A DNA stretch of 64,000 nucleotides from the IMG/VR virus record IMGVR_UViG_3300044632_001218. The stretch is one strand, 5' to 3'. Every line of letters starts with the position of its first letter. The stretch's first letter is position 1. Position numbers and translations under genes: made by a program. The notes beneath the pieces were generated by a model, which was not told where the DNA came from, did not search any database, and saw only the letters and a program-made list of their open reading frames with translations. Source of the stretch: a virus. Below are positions 28,175 through 37,065 of the stretch, in pieces.

Positions 28175-29140
28175 ATGAAACTCAAACATTTTATTGCTAT
28201 TAGTCTTGCTCTTGCACCTACTGCTGCATTTGCTGGAGTTGACCGTATCGCTGTTGCTGGTGCTACTTTCCCAGCAACTATCTATCAACGCTGGTTTGCT
28301 GCTCTTGCCAAGTCTGGTGGACCAAAAGTAAACTATCAGTCAGTTGGTTCTGGTGCTGGTCGTAAGGCATTTATTGACCAGACAGTAACCTTCGCAGCAA
28401 CTGATGATCCTATCTCTGATAAGGACAGAGCAAAGGTTTCTCGTGGTGTAGTTCAAATTCCTACCGTTGGTGGAACGATTGCTATTGCCTACAACAATCC
28501 TGCTTGTAAACTGAAACTCACCCAGAAGCAAGTAGTATCTGTCTTTATGGGTTCTATTAACAACTGGAAGGAACTTGGATGCCCTGCTGGTAAGATTTCT
28601 GTGGCACACCGTTCTGATGGTTCTGGAACCACTGCTGCCTTTACTGAATCACTTCAATCTTTCTCCAAAGAATGGACTCTTGGTGTTGGTAAGTCTGTAA
28701 ATTGGAAAGTTGGTGTTGGTGGTAAAGGTAATGAAGGCGTTGCCGGTGTTCTCCAAACTACTCCTGGTTCAATTGGTTATCTTAATCAATCTTTTGTGAA
28801 GGGTAATCTGAAAGCAGCGGCAGTTCAGAACAAGGTTGGTGAATTCGTTCTCCCCAATTATACTTCTGGCGCCAAAGCACTGAATGGTATTAAGTTGGAT
28901 AAAAATCTTGCCGGACAAAATCCCAATCCTTCTGCCAGTGGTGCTTATCCTATTGCCACTTTGACTTATGTTCTTGCCTATAAGACTGGTAATGGTCCTA
29001 AAGCAGCATCTATCAGACAGGCAATTAGTTATATGCTGAGCGATAAGGCACAGGCACTTGCTGATGATCTTGGATATGTTCCCCTTAAGGATGAAATCCA
29101 ATCACGAGCACAGGCTGCTGTGAAACTTATTGGTGAATGA
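28175..29140 (+). CDS. pstS: phosphate ABC transporter substrate-binding protein
   Basis: GATFP, YQSVGSGAG, HRSDGSGTT, GKGNEGV, GAYPI; signal peptide. Confidence 0.95.
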   Translation: MKLKHFIAISLALAPTAAFAGVDRIAVAGATFPATIYQRWFAALAKSGGPKVNYQSVGSGAGRKAFIDQTVTFAATDDPISDKDRAKVSRGVVQIPTVGGTIAIAYNNPACKLKLTQKQVVSVFMGSINNWKELGCPAGKISVAHRSDGSGTTAAFTESLQSFSKEWTLGVGKSVNWKVGVGGKGNEGVAGVLQTTPGSIGYLNQSFVKGNLKAAAVQNKVGEFVLPNYTSGAKALNGIKLDKNLAGQNPNPSASGAYPIATLTYVLAYKTGNGPKAASIRQAISYMLSDKAQALADDLGYVPLKDEIQSRAQAAVKLIGE

Positions 29141-29143
29141 TAA

Positions 29144-29159
29144 GTCAGTAAATCCTGAC
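29144..29159. promoter_or_regulatory. palindromic operator-like motif GTCAG-N6-CTGAC
   Basis: Perfect copy here; variants at 30197-30212, 32711-32726 and 42136-42151. Confidence 0.45.
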
Positions 29160-29182
29160 ATAATTAGGTATAAATGCTTACC

Positions 29183-29219
29183 AGAGGGGCTTGACCCCTC
29201 TTTCTTTTTGCTATATAAT
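29183..29219 (+). promoter_or_regulatory. terminator hairpin overlapping a sigma70 promoter
   Basis: AGAGGGG-cttga-CCCCTCT plus T-tract; TTGACC(29191)-N17-TATAAT(29214). Confidence 0.75.
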
Positions 29220-29246
29220 TCTGTAATAGTTCTTTACAAAACTCAA

Positions 29247-29456
29247 ATGACCGTAACAAAAAATGAATTTGGACAAATGAACATGTTCGCCAAAGAGCCT
29301 ACAATGTGGATGTCAGAAGAAGACATTGAGCGTTATGGATTTGAGCCTTATGCTGAGAAAGCGGAGAAATCAAATGGACGTTGGGCTATGGTCGGTTTTG
29401 TTAGTGGGATCATTTCTTATACTCTCACTGGCAACTTCTTCTTCGGTATCTTCTGA
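29247..29456 (+). CDS. hli: high-light inducible protein
   Basis: AEKSNGRWAMVGF chlorophyll-binding helix. Confidence 0.93.
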   Translation: MTVTKNEFGQMNMFAKEPTMWMSEEDIERYGFEPYAEKAEKSNGRWAMVGFVSGIISYTLTGNFFFGIF

Positions 29457-29542
29457 TGACTGAAATTCTTTGGACGTTAACCACAGTTGCTTTTTTTGTG
29501 ACTTTGGGTTATGCTGTAGAACAACTTGCTGAAACCTACTGA
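29456..29542 (+). CDS. 28-aa hydrophobic peptide (not in track)
   Basis: TGATG overlap with the hli stop; [28 protein letters not shown]. Confidence 0.5.
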   Translation: MTEILWTLTTVAFFVTLGYAVEQLAETY

Positions 29543-29547
29543 TTTTT

Positions 29548-29841
29548 ATGGCAACTTACAAAGTAACACTTCAATCCCCTGATGGTACTGAGACAGTCAT
29601 TGACTGCCCTGATGATCAATATATTCTCGAATCTGCTGATGAGGCAGGTGTAGATCTTCCTTCATCCTGCCGTGCTGGTGCTTGCTCTGCTTGTGCTGGT
29701 AAACTGATTAGTGGTACAGTAGATAATTCTGAGCAATCCTTTCTTGATGATGAACAAATGGAAGAAGGTTGGATTCTCACTTGTGTGGCATATCCCACCA
29801 GTGACTGTGTAATTCTTACTGAACAGGAAGAAAACCTGTGA
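29548..29841 (+). CDS. petF: plant-type [2Fe-2S] ferredoxin
   Basis: [11 protein letters not shown]...LTCVAYP. Confidence 0.97.
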   Translation: MATYKVTLQSPDGTETVIDCPDDQYILESADEAGVDLPSSCRAGACSACAGKLISGTVDNSEQSFLDDEQMEEGWILTCVAYPTSDCVILTEQEENL

Positions 29842-30050
29842 GTGCTAGTATGTTAGGGCAACTTGAACTTGCCCTTCAAGAACTCTCTGCTGCTGGGTGG
29901 AATCCAGACACACAATTGGAAGTCAAGATTGCAGGCACCCTAAAGAATGACAAGTTTATTGCCATCAAACCTATCAAAGAAAAACTGGTTTGTAATCCAA
30001 ACCCAGAACTTAAACAACATCACACTATTAAGGAGAAAAACAATGTTTAA
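29838..30050 (+). CDS. hypothetical protein
   Basis: GTG start overlapping the petF stop. Confidence 0.55.
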   Translation: MSASMLGQLELALQELSAAGWNPDTQLEVKIAGTLKNDKFIAIKPIKEKLVCNPNPELKQHHTIKEKNNV

Positions 30051-30153
30051 CGAAAAGTCTGAGCGTATTAATGGTTGGTTTGCAATGATTGGTATCGTTG
30101 CTGCTATGGGAACTTATGCTTTTACTGGGCAAATCATTCCTGGCATTTGGTGA
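30043..30153 (+). CDS. hli: high-light inducible protein (short, 36 aa)
   Basis: AAGGAG SD; SERINGWFAMIG...TGQIIPGIW. Confidence 0.92.
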   Translation: MFNEKSERINGWFAMIGIVAAMGTYAFTGQIIPGIW

Positions 30154-30240
30154 CTGAAGGTAACAAAAAAAAGTTCTTGAGTATGTAAAAACACCTGTCA
30201 GGAAAACCTCATTAGTTTGAAATAATAAGCAATAATAATT

Positions 30241-30277
30241 AACTCTATTTCTAAATATGGAAGTAGAGTTTTTTTTT
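30241..30277 (+). terminator. hairpin plus T-tract with a late-promoter-like loop
   Basis: AACTCTATTTC/GAAGTAGAGTT stem; the loop region contains CTAAATA. Confidence 0.55.
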
Positions 30278-30279
30278 AC

Positions 30280-30441
30280 ATGCCCAGAGGACAATTGACA
30301 AAAGATGAAATAAAGTGTTGGGTGTTAAAATTAAAACAAAAACTTTATAACGAAAATATTGGTTATACCTCTGACCCAAAAGCACTTGCAGATAGTTATC
30401 TGAATAAAGTTTTAGAAAAAATAGAGGAATGTCAAAGATGA
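30280..30441 (+). CDS. small hypothetical protein (53 aa; not in track)
   Basis: MPRGQLTKDEIKCWVLKLK...LNKVLEKIEE. Confidence 0.55.
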   Translation: MPRGQLTKDEIKCWVLKLKQKLYNENIGYTSDPKALADSYLNKVLEKIEECQR

Positions 30442-30532
30442 TGGAATGGTTTTTATCTTATTTTTTAATTGTTGTAGCAATTATTATAATAAAAACATCA
30501 TTATCTAAATAAAATACAGAATTGATAAAGCA

Positions 30533-31219
30533 ATGAAAGTAGATCTTCACAATTTTTTTCAATATTACGATCCAAAAAATCCAAAACATGTTGCTGCAGT
30601 AGAGCAACTTGAAGTTGATTTGAAAGACTCTCCACTCTTGGATGATACCTCAAACTGGGTGAAGATTTTCAGGACAAAAGTGGAACCAGTAGTTCCAGGA
30701 GTTCTCAATGTTCCTTACTACCCTCAAACGGATAATTACAGAGACGCTAATCGTACTTGTAATAGTTCTTCCTGTGCTATGTGTCTTGAGTATTTTAGTC
30801 CAGGAACACTAAAAGGACCAAAGGGTGATGATGCTTATGTTCAAAAAGTATTCGCAGTGGGCGATACAACTGATCATGCAGTTCAGACAAAAGTTCTCAG
30901 TTCTTATGGGATTAAGTCTGAGTTTAGGTATAATCTTTCATTTGCAGATCTTGATCGTGAGTTATCTGCTGGTAGACCCGTTGTTATTGGGGTACTCCAT
31001 CGTGGCACTTTATCTTCTCCTACTGGTGGGCACATGTGTGTAGTCATAGGAAAGAAAGGTGATTGTTATGTAGTAAATGATCCTTATGGTTCTTTGAATG
31101 ATGGGTACACAGGACCTGTTACAAATGGTAAGGGTGTAGTTTATAAGAAGACGGATCTTCAATATCGTTGGTTGGAGAAAGGGAAAGATAAAACTGGTTG
31201 GGGCAGAATCTTCAAATGA
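30533..31219 (+). CDS. C39-like papain-fold peptidase, probable endopeptidase/endolysin
   Basis: LNVPYYPQ, TCNSSSCAM (Cys), GGHMCVVIG (His), VNDPYG (Asp). Confidence 0.8.
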   Translation: MKVDLHNFFQYYDPKNPKHVAAVEQLEVDLKDSPLLDDTSNWVKIFRTKVEPVVPGVLNVPYYPQTDNYRDANRTCNSSSCAMCLEYFSPGTLKGPKGDDAYVQKVFAVGDTTDHAVQTKVLSSYGIKSEFRYNLSFADLDRELSAGRPVVIGVLHRGTLSSPTGGHMCVVIGKKGDCYVVNDPYGSLNDGYTGPVTNGKGVVYKKTDLQYRWLEKGKDKTGWGRIFK

Positions 31220-31833
31220 CTATAAAATTTATTGATGCAGTAAAGAATCATAAAGATCTTCCACATCAAAATAATGCTTGGCAGTTTCTTCAAGCATCAG
31301 TTCATAAAGAAATTCTAGATGAGTTTGCAAGAATTTATCGTAATCAACAGATCAATTTAACATTAGAGGGTCTCCCTGAACCTGGAGTTTTTCTCATCAA
31401 AGAGTTTGAAGGATGCCATCTTTCTGCATACTATGACCCCCTCACAGGAGGACTTCCGATCACAATAGGGTGGGGAAGCACCAGAAGAAAAGATGGATCC
31501 ATTTTTATGATTGGGAATCGTATTTCTCAAGAAGAAGCAGATGATCTTTTATACTTTCAATTGCGTCGTGAGTTTCTTCCAACACTTCAAAAAATTCCAT
31601 ATTGGAGGGAGATGAATGAAAATCAACAAGGCGCAATTCTTAGCTTTGCTTATAATCTTGGTGCTGATTTTTATGGAAGCCCTGACTTTAATACGATAAC
31701 TAAAGTCCTTAAGAATAAGGAGTGGGGTAAAGTTCCAGAGGCACTCAAACTCTATCGTAATCCTGGTAGTAAAGTAGAGAAAGGATTACTCAGAAGAAGA
31801 ACTGCCGAAGGTGCCCTCTGGTCTTCCAAGTAA
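31216..31833 (+). CDS. GH24 lysozyme (endolysin)
   Basis: LIKEFEG...YYD...TIGWG, AILSFAYNLG, GLLRRRTAE. Confidence 0.92.
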   Translation: MTIKFIDAVKNHKDLPHQNNAWQFLQASVHKEILDEFARIYRNQQINLTLEGLPEPGVFLIKEFEGCHLSAYYDPLTGGLPITIGWGSTRRKDGSIFMIGNRISQEEADDLLYFQLRREFLPTLQKIPYWREMNENQQGAILSFAYNLGADFYGSPDFNTITKVLKNKEWGKVPEALKLYRNPGSKVEKGLLRRRTAEGALWSSK

Positions 31834-31980
31834 CTTTCTACCACGCCTCCAAGTTCTACGAATTGCAGAACGAACTTCTGGTGGTTGTTGTTTAATTTTT
31901 ATATTTCTATTCTCATTAAAGAAACCATCATTAGTCAGTAATCTAATGAGGATGATTATCGGAAGAATTGTTTTCTTCAT
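31786..31980 (-). CDS. small basic hypothetical protein
   Basis: Hydrophobic N-terminus and Arg-rich C-terminus; 3' end overlaps the lysozyme gene. Confidence 0.4.
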   Translation of the reverse strand: MKKTILPIIILIRLLTNDGFFNENRNIKIKQQPPEVRSAIRRTWRRGRKLLGRPEGTFGSSSSE

Positions 31981-32063
31981 TATCCCAGATAAGAATTTTG
32001 TAGATACACCAAATAACTCCTATCAGACCAACACCTAACAATATATTTACACTCCAAACTACA

Positions 32064-32357
32064 TCACTCATTTTCCTTTTCTTCAGATTTTTTATTTAAG
32101 TTTGCTTTTAAAGCAATGATGGTTGCTAGAAGAGACATCAAAACTTGAATTGATTCTGATGTATTATCATCACATTTACTTGGAGGTTTTGCTCCACTTT
32201 TATCAAATGCTTTTACAAGATACAAGTAATGTAAACTAGACATCACTTTGAAATTACATATCACATAGTTAGTGAATGTCATTCCAACAATTGCTGTTGC
32301 TACAAAGGCAACTAACATAGGAACAATATTATCAAGTGTTGGATATTTAAATTTCAT
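32064..32357 (-). CDS. two-TM membrane protein (holin/antiholin candidate)
   Basis: TM1 IVPMLVAFVATAIVGMTF, Cys-containing loop, TM2 IQVLMSLLATIIAL, charged tail. Confidence 0.6.
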   Translation of the reverse strand: MKFKYPTLDNIVPMLVAFVATAIVGMTFTNYVICNFKVMSSLHYLYLVKAFDKSGAKPPSKCDDNTSESIQVLMSLLATIIALKANLNKKSEEKENE

Positions 32358-32545
32358 CTTCCCTCCTCTTTGTGAACCCAAGTCTTAAGTTCATTTAAAT
32401 ATTGTCTCAACATATCCGCTTTTTTTAAATGCCAAACATCACCACTCTTGAAGTACTCTTGAGTGTGATTATCTATTGCTTTGAGAATATGATGGATGGG
32501 AGAATTCCAAGGCTCACGCTTTGGAGTATTCCATTCTCTTGGCAT
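32354..32545 (-). CDS. hypothetical protein
   Basis: AGGA SD, coupled to the next ORF; MPREWNTP...IHHILKAID. Confidence 0.65.
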   Translation of the reverse strand: MPREWNTPKREPWNSPIHHILKAIDNHTQEYFKSGDVWHLKKADMLRQYLNELKTWVHKEEGR

Positions 32546-32551
32546 AAATCC

Positions 32552-32656
32552 TCACTTTTTCTTACCACCATTCTTTGCTTTCTTAGCAGTTGCATTGCCC
32601 TGATTCTGTTTAGAACCATTAGATCCTTTCTTACCTTTATTTGCAGATTTTGCCAT
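32552..32656 (-). CDS. 34-aa Lys/Gly-rich basic peptide (not in track)
   Basis: MAKSANKGKKGSNGSKQNQGNATAKKAKNGGKKK; ATAAATA motifs upstream on the minus strand. Confidence 0.6.
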   Translation of the reverse strand: MAKSANKGKKGSNGSKQNQGNATAKKAKNGGKKK

Positions 32657-32708
32657 AGTAGTGAGTTGGGCACTTATTTATTTATGGATAGACATGCATT
32701 TGGATAGC

Positions 32709-32737
32709 TTGACAGGATTTCCTGACAATGCTATAAT
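32709..32737 (+). promoter_or_regulatory. consensus sigma70 promoter for psbA
   Basis: TTGACA-N17-TATAAT with an extended TG; AATAAATA late-like motif immediately after. Confidence 0.85.
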
Positions 32738-32745
32738 AAATACAT

Positions 32746-32878
32746 GTTAAGGAATGAAATATTTCTTAACCTTCTCTAACCGAGATCATGAGAAGTAAAG
32801 CATCTCTCATACCCATGATGGAGGGTGTCATGGGAAATACTGTACCTGTTCAGTCCCCCTGAACCATACTTACCCTTT
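32746..32878 (+). ncRNA. PhotoRC-II-like structured psbA leader
   Basis: Hairpins GTTAAGGAA/TTTCTTAAC, GAGAT/ATCTC, CCCATGA/TCATGGG and GTTCAG/CTGAAC upstream of psbA. Family assignment is from memory. Confidence 0.6.
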
Positions 32879-32887
32879 AAATAAAAA

Positions 32888-33967
32888 ATGACTGCTACTA
32901 TTGCTTCACGTAATTCTACTAACCTCTGGCAAGAATTTTGCGAGTGGGTTACTTCAACAAACAATCGTCTTTATGTTGGTTGGTTTGGAGTCCTTATGAT
33001 TCCATGCCTTCTTGCTGCAACTACTTGCTTTATTGTTGCATTTGTAGGTGCTCCTCCTGTGGACATTGATGGTATTCGCGAACCAGTTGCTGGTTCTCTG
33101 ATGTATGGAAACAACATCATCTCTGGTGCCGTTGTTCCTTCTTCTAATGCTATTGGTCTTCACTTCTATCCTATCTGGGAAGCTGCTTCTCTGGATGAGT
33201 GGTTGTACAATGGTGGACCTTTCCAACTTGTTGTATTTCACTTCCTCATTGGCATTTATGCTTACATGGGTCGTGAATGGGAACTCTCTTATCGTTTGGG
33301 TATGCGTCCTTGGATCTGTGTTGCTTACTCAGCACCTGTTGCTGCTGCTTCTGCAGTTTTCCTGGTCTATCCTTTTGGTCAAGGTTCTTTCTCTGATGCT
33401 ATGCCCCTGGGCATTTCTGGTACTTTTAACTATATGCTTGTATTCCAGGCAGAACATAACATTCTGATGCACCCCTTCCACATGCTTGGAGTTGCTGGTG
33501 TCTTTGGTGGTTCATTGTTCTCTGCAATGCACGGTTCTCTGGTTACTTCTTCACTGGTTCGTGAGACCACTGAAACTGAATCACAGAATTATGGTTATAA
33601 GTTTGGACAAGAAGAAGAGACATACAATATTGTTGCTGCTCATGGATACTTTGGTCGTCTGATCTTCCAATATGCATCTTTTAATAATTCTCGTTCACTA
33701 CACTTCTTCCTTGCTGCTTGGCCTGTAGTTGGCATCTGGTTTACTGCTCTTGGTGTTAGCACTATGGCATTTAACCTCAATGGTTTCAACTTTAACCAGT
33801 CTATTGTTGATAGTCAGAATCGTGTGATCCCTACCTGGGCAGATGTGCTTAACCGTGCTGGTCTTGGTATGGAAGTGATGCATGAAAGAAATGCTCACAA
33901 CTTCCCTCTTGACCTTGCTGCTGCAGAGACAACTTCTGTTGCTCTGACTGCTCCAAGTATTGGTTGA
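32888..33967 (+). CDS. psbA: photosystem II D1 protein
   Basis: [37 protein letters not shown]; uninterrupted. Confidence 0.99.
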   Translation: MTATIASRNSTNLWQEFCEWVTSTNNRLYVGWFGVLMIPCLLAATTCFIVAFVGAPPVDIDGIREPVAGSLMYGNNIISGAVVPSSNAIGLHFYPIWEAASLDEWLYNGGPFQLVVFHFLIGIYAYMGREWELSYRLGMRPWICVAYSAPVAAASAVFLVYPFGQGSFSDAMPLGISGTFNYMLVFQAEHNILMHPFHMLGVAGVFGGSLFSAMHGSLVTSSLVRETTETESQNYGYKFGQEEETYNIVAAHGYFGRLIFQYASFNNSRSLHFFLAAWPVVGIWFTALGVSTMAFNLNGFNFNQSIVDSQNRVIPTWADVLNRAGLGMEVMHERNAHNFPLDLAAAETTSVALTAPSIG

Positions 33968-33990
33968 TATAAAACCTCAAAAAATAAATA

Positions 33991-34018
33991 AGGGAGTTCC
34001 ACAAGAACTCCTTTTTTT
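33991..34018 (+). terminator. intrinsic terminator
   Basis: GGGAGTTC-cacaa-GAACTCCT followed by a T-tract. Confidence 0.85.
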
Positions 34019-34080
34019 ATGCTTTTAATCCTCCTACTCTTTCAACTCTTCGGAGTATTCCTTTTCTTAATGTCCCTACT

Positions 34081-34209
34081 ATGATATCATCAGAAACTCC
34101 ACATAAACTTGCAGAAATTATTAGGGATACCTGGCCTAACCTTTACAGGAAACCACAACCCAAGTATAATAATCAAAAGACTTCAGAAGATGAACAAGTA
34201 CAACAGTGA
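34081..34209 (+). CDS. small hypothetical protein (42 aa; not in track)
   Basis: MISSETPHKLAEIIRDTWPNLYR... Confidence 0.5.
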   Translation: MISSETPHKLAEIIRDTWPNLYRKPQPKYNNQKTSEDEQVQQ

Positions 34210-34513
34210 AGATTATTTCTCAGTAAGAGAAAGAAGGACTGGAAGAAAGATTTGTGATTGTGGAGATTTTGAAGATGCAAGAATGATAATGTATATGGAT
34301 GCACCAAATCGTGAAATTGTAAAAAACAAAACACTCATGAGTCCAGTTGTTGATATTGAGATGCCAAAAGCACTCCCAACCTCAGAGATTGTTGTAAATA
34401 TGAATGGTGGAGTTGGTGGTTCCTGGAGAGTAGAAGAGGCAACAGGAAATGGACCTGGGGCTCCCCCTCAAATCAAACTTCCAGAAGGACAACAAGAACC
34501 TGTAATAGTATGA
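34190..34513 (+). CDS. hypothetical protein
   Basis: ATG at 34190; RKICDCG motif. Confidence 0.6.
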   Translation: MNKYNSEDYFSVRERRTGRKICDCGDFEDARMIMYMDAPNREIVKNKTLMSPVVDIEMPKALPTSEIVVNMNGGVGGSWRVEEATGNGPGAPPQIKLPEGQQEPVIV

Positions 34514-34719
34514 ATCATCGCAAATATAAGCAAGCAGAGAATGTAAGAAGACCAAGAAAGGAAAAATACAATCCTTATGCAAATGACCCATCAGATGCAA
34601 AGTGTCCTTATTGTGGTCAGGGTGGGAAGATTTGTTCCTATGTAAATAGTGTTAGTCGTGGTTGGGGCAGAGGTGCTTGTGCCACAAAACATAATAATAT
34701 TAAATTGGATGACCTATGA
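34510..34719 (+). CDS. small Cys-rich (zinc-finger-like) protein
   Basis: CPYC...C...C pattern. Confidence 0.55.
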   Translation: MNHRKYKQAENVRRPRKEKYNPYANDPSDAKCPYCGQGGKICSYVNSVSRGWGRGACATKHNNIKLDDL

Positions 34720-35468
34720 AGTTACTTCATGTAGTTTTTTCTACTAATAGAGTAGAATTTTTGAAAAAAACATTTGAAGCAAATAAAAAATTAGATTTTA
34801 GTGAATTGGATGTAGACCATTTATTCATTGATGATTATCCAAATGGACGGGATAATGAATCTTTAGCAGAGTTTGTAGTAGCAAATGGATATAATGAAAT
34901 TATTTTTCATGAAGAAAATCAAGGCATTACAAAAACTTGGCAAGAACTTTTCAATTTGGTTAGACAAAAAGATTATGATTATATCTTTCATCATGAAGAT
35001 GATGTTGAAGTAATGTGTCCATTAAAGATAATGGATTTGATTGAACTTCTTGAACAAGACAAGACCTTATCTCAAATACAATTGAAAAGAAATAATTGGT
35101 ATGATTTTGAAAAAGAAGAAATAGGTCCAAAAGATGATGATGTAATTTTTAAACACTATAGATATGAAAAGGCAACTCCATATTTTTGGATGCTGATGTC
35201 TTTATATCCTGCTTGGATTGCTAAAGAACCTATCTTTGAAGAGACAGGATTCAATCCATCAGAATCAGTAATTGCAAATTACTTATTGAATAAGTATAAT
35301 ATTGGAGCAGGATTGTTGAAAACTGCTGAAGGTGGTATAATGGTAAATCATATTGGCGAATACTTTCATGGACAAAGAGTTTCTGAAGGAGAACCTGGAT
35401 GGGATGGGTTTAAATATATTGATCCTAATGTAAAATATTGTTCTAAAACTGGTGTTATTTTGGGATGA
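34716..35468 (+). CDS. GT-A (GT2-like) glycosyltransferase
   Basis: FIDD, NQGITK, DYDYIFHHEDD, VNHIG. Confidence 0.65.
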   Translation: MKLLHVVFSTNRVEFLKKTFEANKKLDFSELDVDHLFIDDYPNGRDNESLAEFVVANGYNEIIFHEENQGITKTWQELFNLVRQKDYDYIFHHEDDVEVMCPLKIMDLIELLEQDKTLSQIQLKRNNWYDFEKEEIGPKDDDVIFKHYRYEKATPYFWMLMSLYPAWIAKEPIFEETGFNPSESVIANYLLNKYNIGAGLLKTAEGGIMVNHIGEYFHGQRVSEGEPGWDGFKYIDPNVKYCSKTGVILG

Positions 35469-36031
35469 ATGTAAATCTTATAGTTGCAGATAACTTTTAT
35501 AACAATCCTGATGATGTAAGAAACTTTGCATTATCACAGGAGTTTGCAGTAAGAGGAAACTATCCAGGATTGAGAACTAAATCATTTCTCAATGAAAGTA
35601 ATAGAGAAGTCATAGATGCTCTTGTCTCTCATGCCTCTGGAGGTGTGACTGATTGGTTACTTGATGAAAATGGCGATGGATATACAGGAGCATTTCAAAT
35701 TTGTACATCAATGGATCGTACATGGATTCACTCTGACTATAATAATATGTGGGCAGGAGTATGCTATCTAACGCCAAATGCTCCATTAAGTGCTGGTACT
35801 GCATTGTATAGGCACAAAAAAACTGGGGAGAGAGCATCTATAGACAACATTGATCATGGTGAGGATGGACATGATTATACAAAATGGGAAACTGTAGATA
35901 GGATAGGAAACATTTACAATAGATTAATTTTATATCCTGGTAAGTTATTTCACGCTTCTATAGATTATTTTGGAAGTAATCTTCAAGATGGTAGATTATT
36001 TCAAACATTTTTTTTCAATACAAGGTACTGA
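35465..36031 (+). CDS. 2OG-Fe(II) oxygenase-like protein (DUF6445-like), copy 1
   Basis: WIHSD (HxD), AGVCYLTP, NRLILY...FHAS (distal His), RLFQTFF (Arg). Confidence 0.75.
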   Translation: MNVNLIVADNFYNNPDDVRNFALSQEFAVRGNYPGLRTKSFLNESNREVIDALVSHASGGVTDWLLDENGDGYTGAFQICTSMDRTWIHSDYNNMWAGVCYLTPNAPLSAGTALYRHKKTGERASIDNIDHGEDGHDYTKWETVDRIGNIYNRLILYPGKLFHASIDYFGSNLQDGRLFQTFFFNTRY

Positions 36032-36033
36032 TA

Positions 36034-37065
36034 ATGTCATTAGCATATGTGATTGGTTCTGGAACTGCTGGTGCTACATCAGCAAGGATACTCAAAGATA
36101 ATGGATGGGACGTAGAGGTCTTTGAAACCAGAGAATATCTTTCTGGCAATTGTTATGACTATGTTGATGAAAAAACAGGATGTGTAATTCATGCACATGG
36201 ACCTCATGCTATCCATACAGATAATGATCGTGTTTGGGATTGGTTGAATCAATTTGCAGTTTTCAATAATTTTTCTGTTGAAGTATGGGCAAACACAAGT
36301 CTTGGAAAAATTCCTATTCCATATAATGACAACTCAGATAAAATTATTGGCAGAAGATTATCTGACACTGAAATTAAGGAATTAGTATTCAGAGATTATT
36401 CTGAAAAAATGTGGGGAGTTAAGTTAGAGGAACTTCCTATGGGCATTTTGAATAGACTTCCTATAAGAAAAAAAGGTTCTAATGGGTCTTTCACTCAACA
36501 AAAGTATCAAGGTCTACCTAAGAATGGATTTGTGGACATGTTCAAGAATATCTTTGATGATATTCCAGTTCATTTAAATGTATCAAAAGATGAATGGCGA
36601 ACACTCAAAGACAAATGTGACTTGTTAGTTTTTACTGGAAAGGTTGATAATTATTTTGATTATCAGTATGGAAAGTTATCTTATAGGTCATTGAACTTTG
36701 AACATGTCTATTGTCCTAAGACAGTGTATATCCAACTTAATGAATGCAACAGAAATAATGAATGGAATCGTGCTATTGACCACTCTTATTGGTATAATCA
36801 AGATGTTGAAACTACAGTAGTTACAAGAGAATATCCAGTAGAACATATTGAAGGATTGAATAATCCATATTATCCTATGATTTTTGGAAAGTATCTGGAA
36901 CAGTTTGAACAATATAAACCATTAATGCAAGCAGAAAAAAATACAATTTTTGTTGGAAGAACTGCTACTTACAAATACTTGACTATAGATCAGACTATAG
37001 CAAGAACAGCAAACAAACTCAAAAGAATGGGATTTGTTGATAGAATACTTACACCTGAATTATGA
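36034..37065 (+). CDS. glf: UDP-galactopyranose mutase
   Basis: GSGTAG FAD loop, GNCYD, HGPHAIHT, YSEKMWG, YQGLP, TREYP, PYYP, GRTATYKY. Confidence 0.88.
   Translation: MSLAYVIGSGTAGATSARILKDNGWDVEVFETREYLSGNCYDYVDEKTGCVIHAHGPHAIHTDNDRVWDWLNQFAVFNNFSVEVWANTSLGKIPIPYNDNSDKIIGRRLSDTEIKELVFRDYSEKMWGVKLEELPMGILNRLPIRKKGSNGSFTQQKYQGLPKNGFVDMFKNIFDDIPVHLNVSKDEWRTLKDKCDLLVFTGKVDNYFDYQYGKLSYRSLNFEHVYCPKTVYIQLNECNRNNEWNRAIDHSYWYNQDVETTVVTREYPVEHIEGLNNPYYPMIFGKYLEQFEQYKPLMQAEKNTIFVGRTATYKYLTIDQTIARTANKLKRMGFVDRILTPEL

Noticed and set aside
29222-29238. RpaB/HLR1 site before hli
   Set aside because: Only one TTTACAAA half-site; no second direct repeat at 10-bp spacing.
32473-32673. Tracked 66-aa minus-strand ORF
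   Set aside because: It overlaps the 32354-32545 gene; the 32552-32656 frame fits the gap better and reads as a coherent basic peptide.
34019-34084. 21-aa poly-hydrophobic ORF after the psbA terminator
   Set aside because: It could be real, but it has no SD and T-rich DNA yields such peptides by chance.
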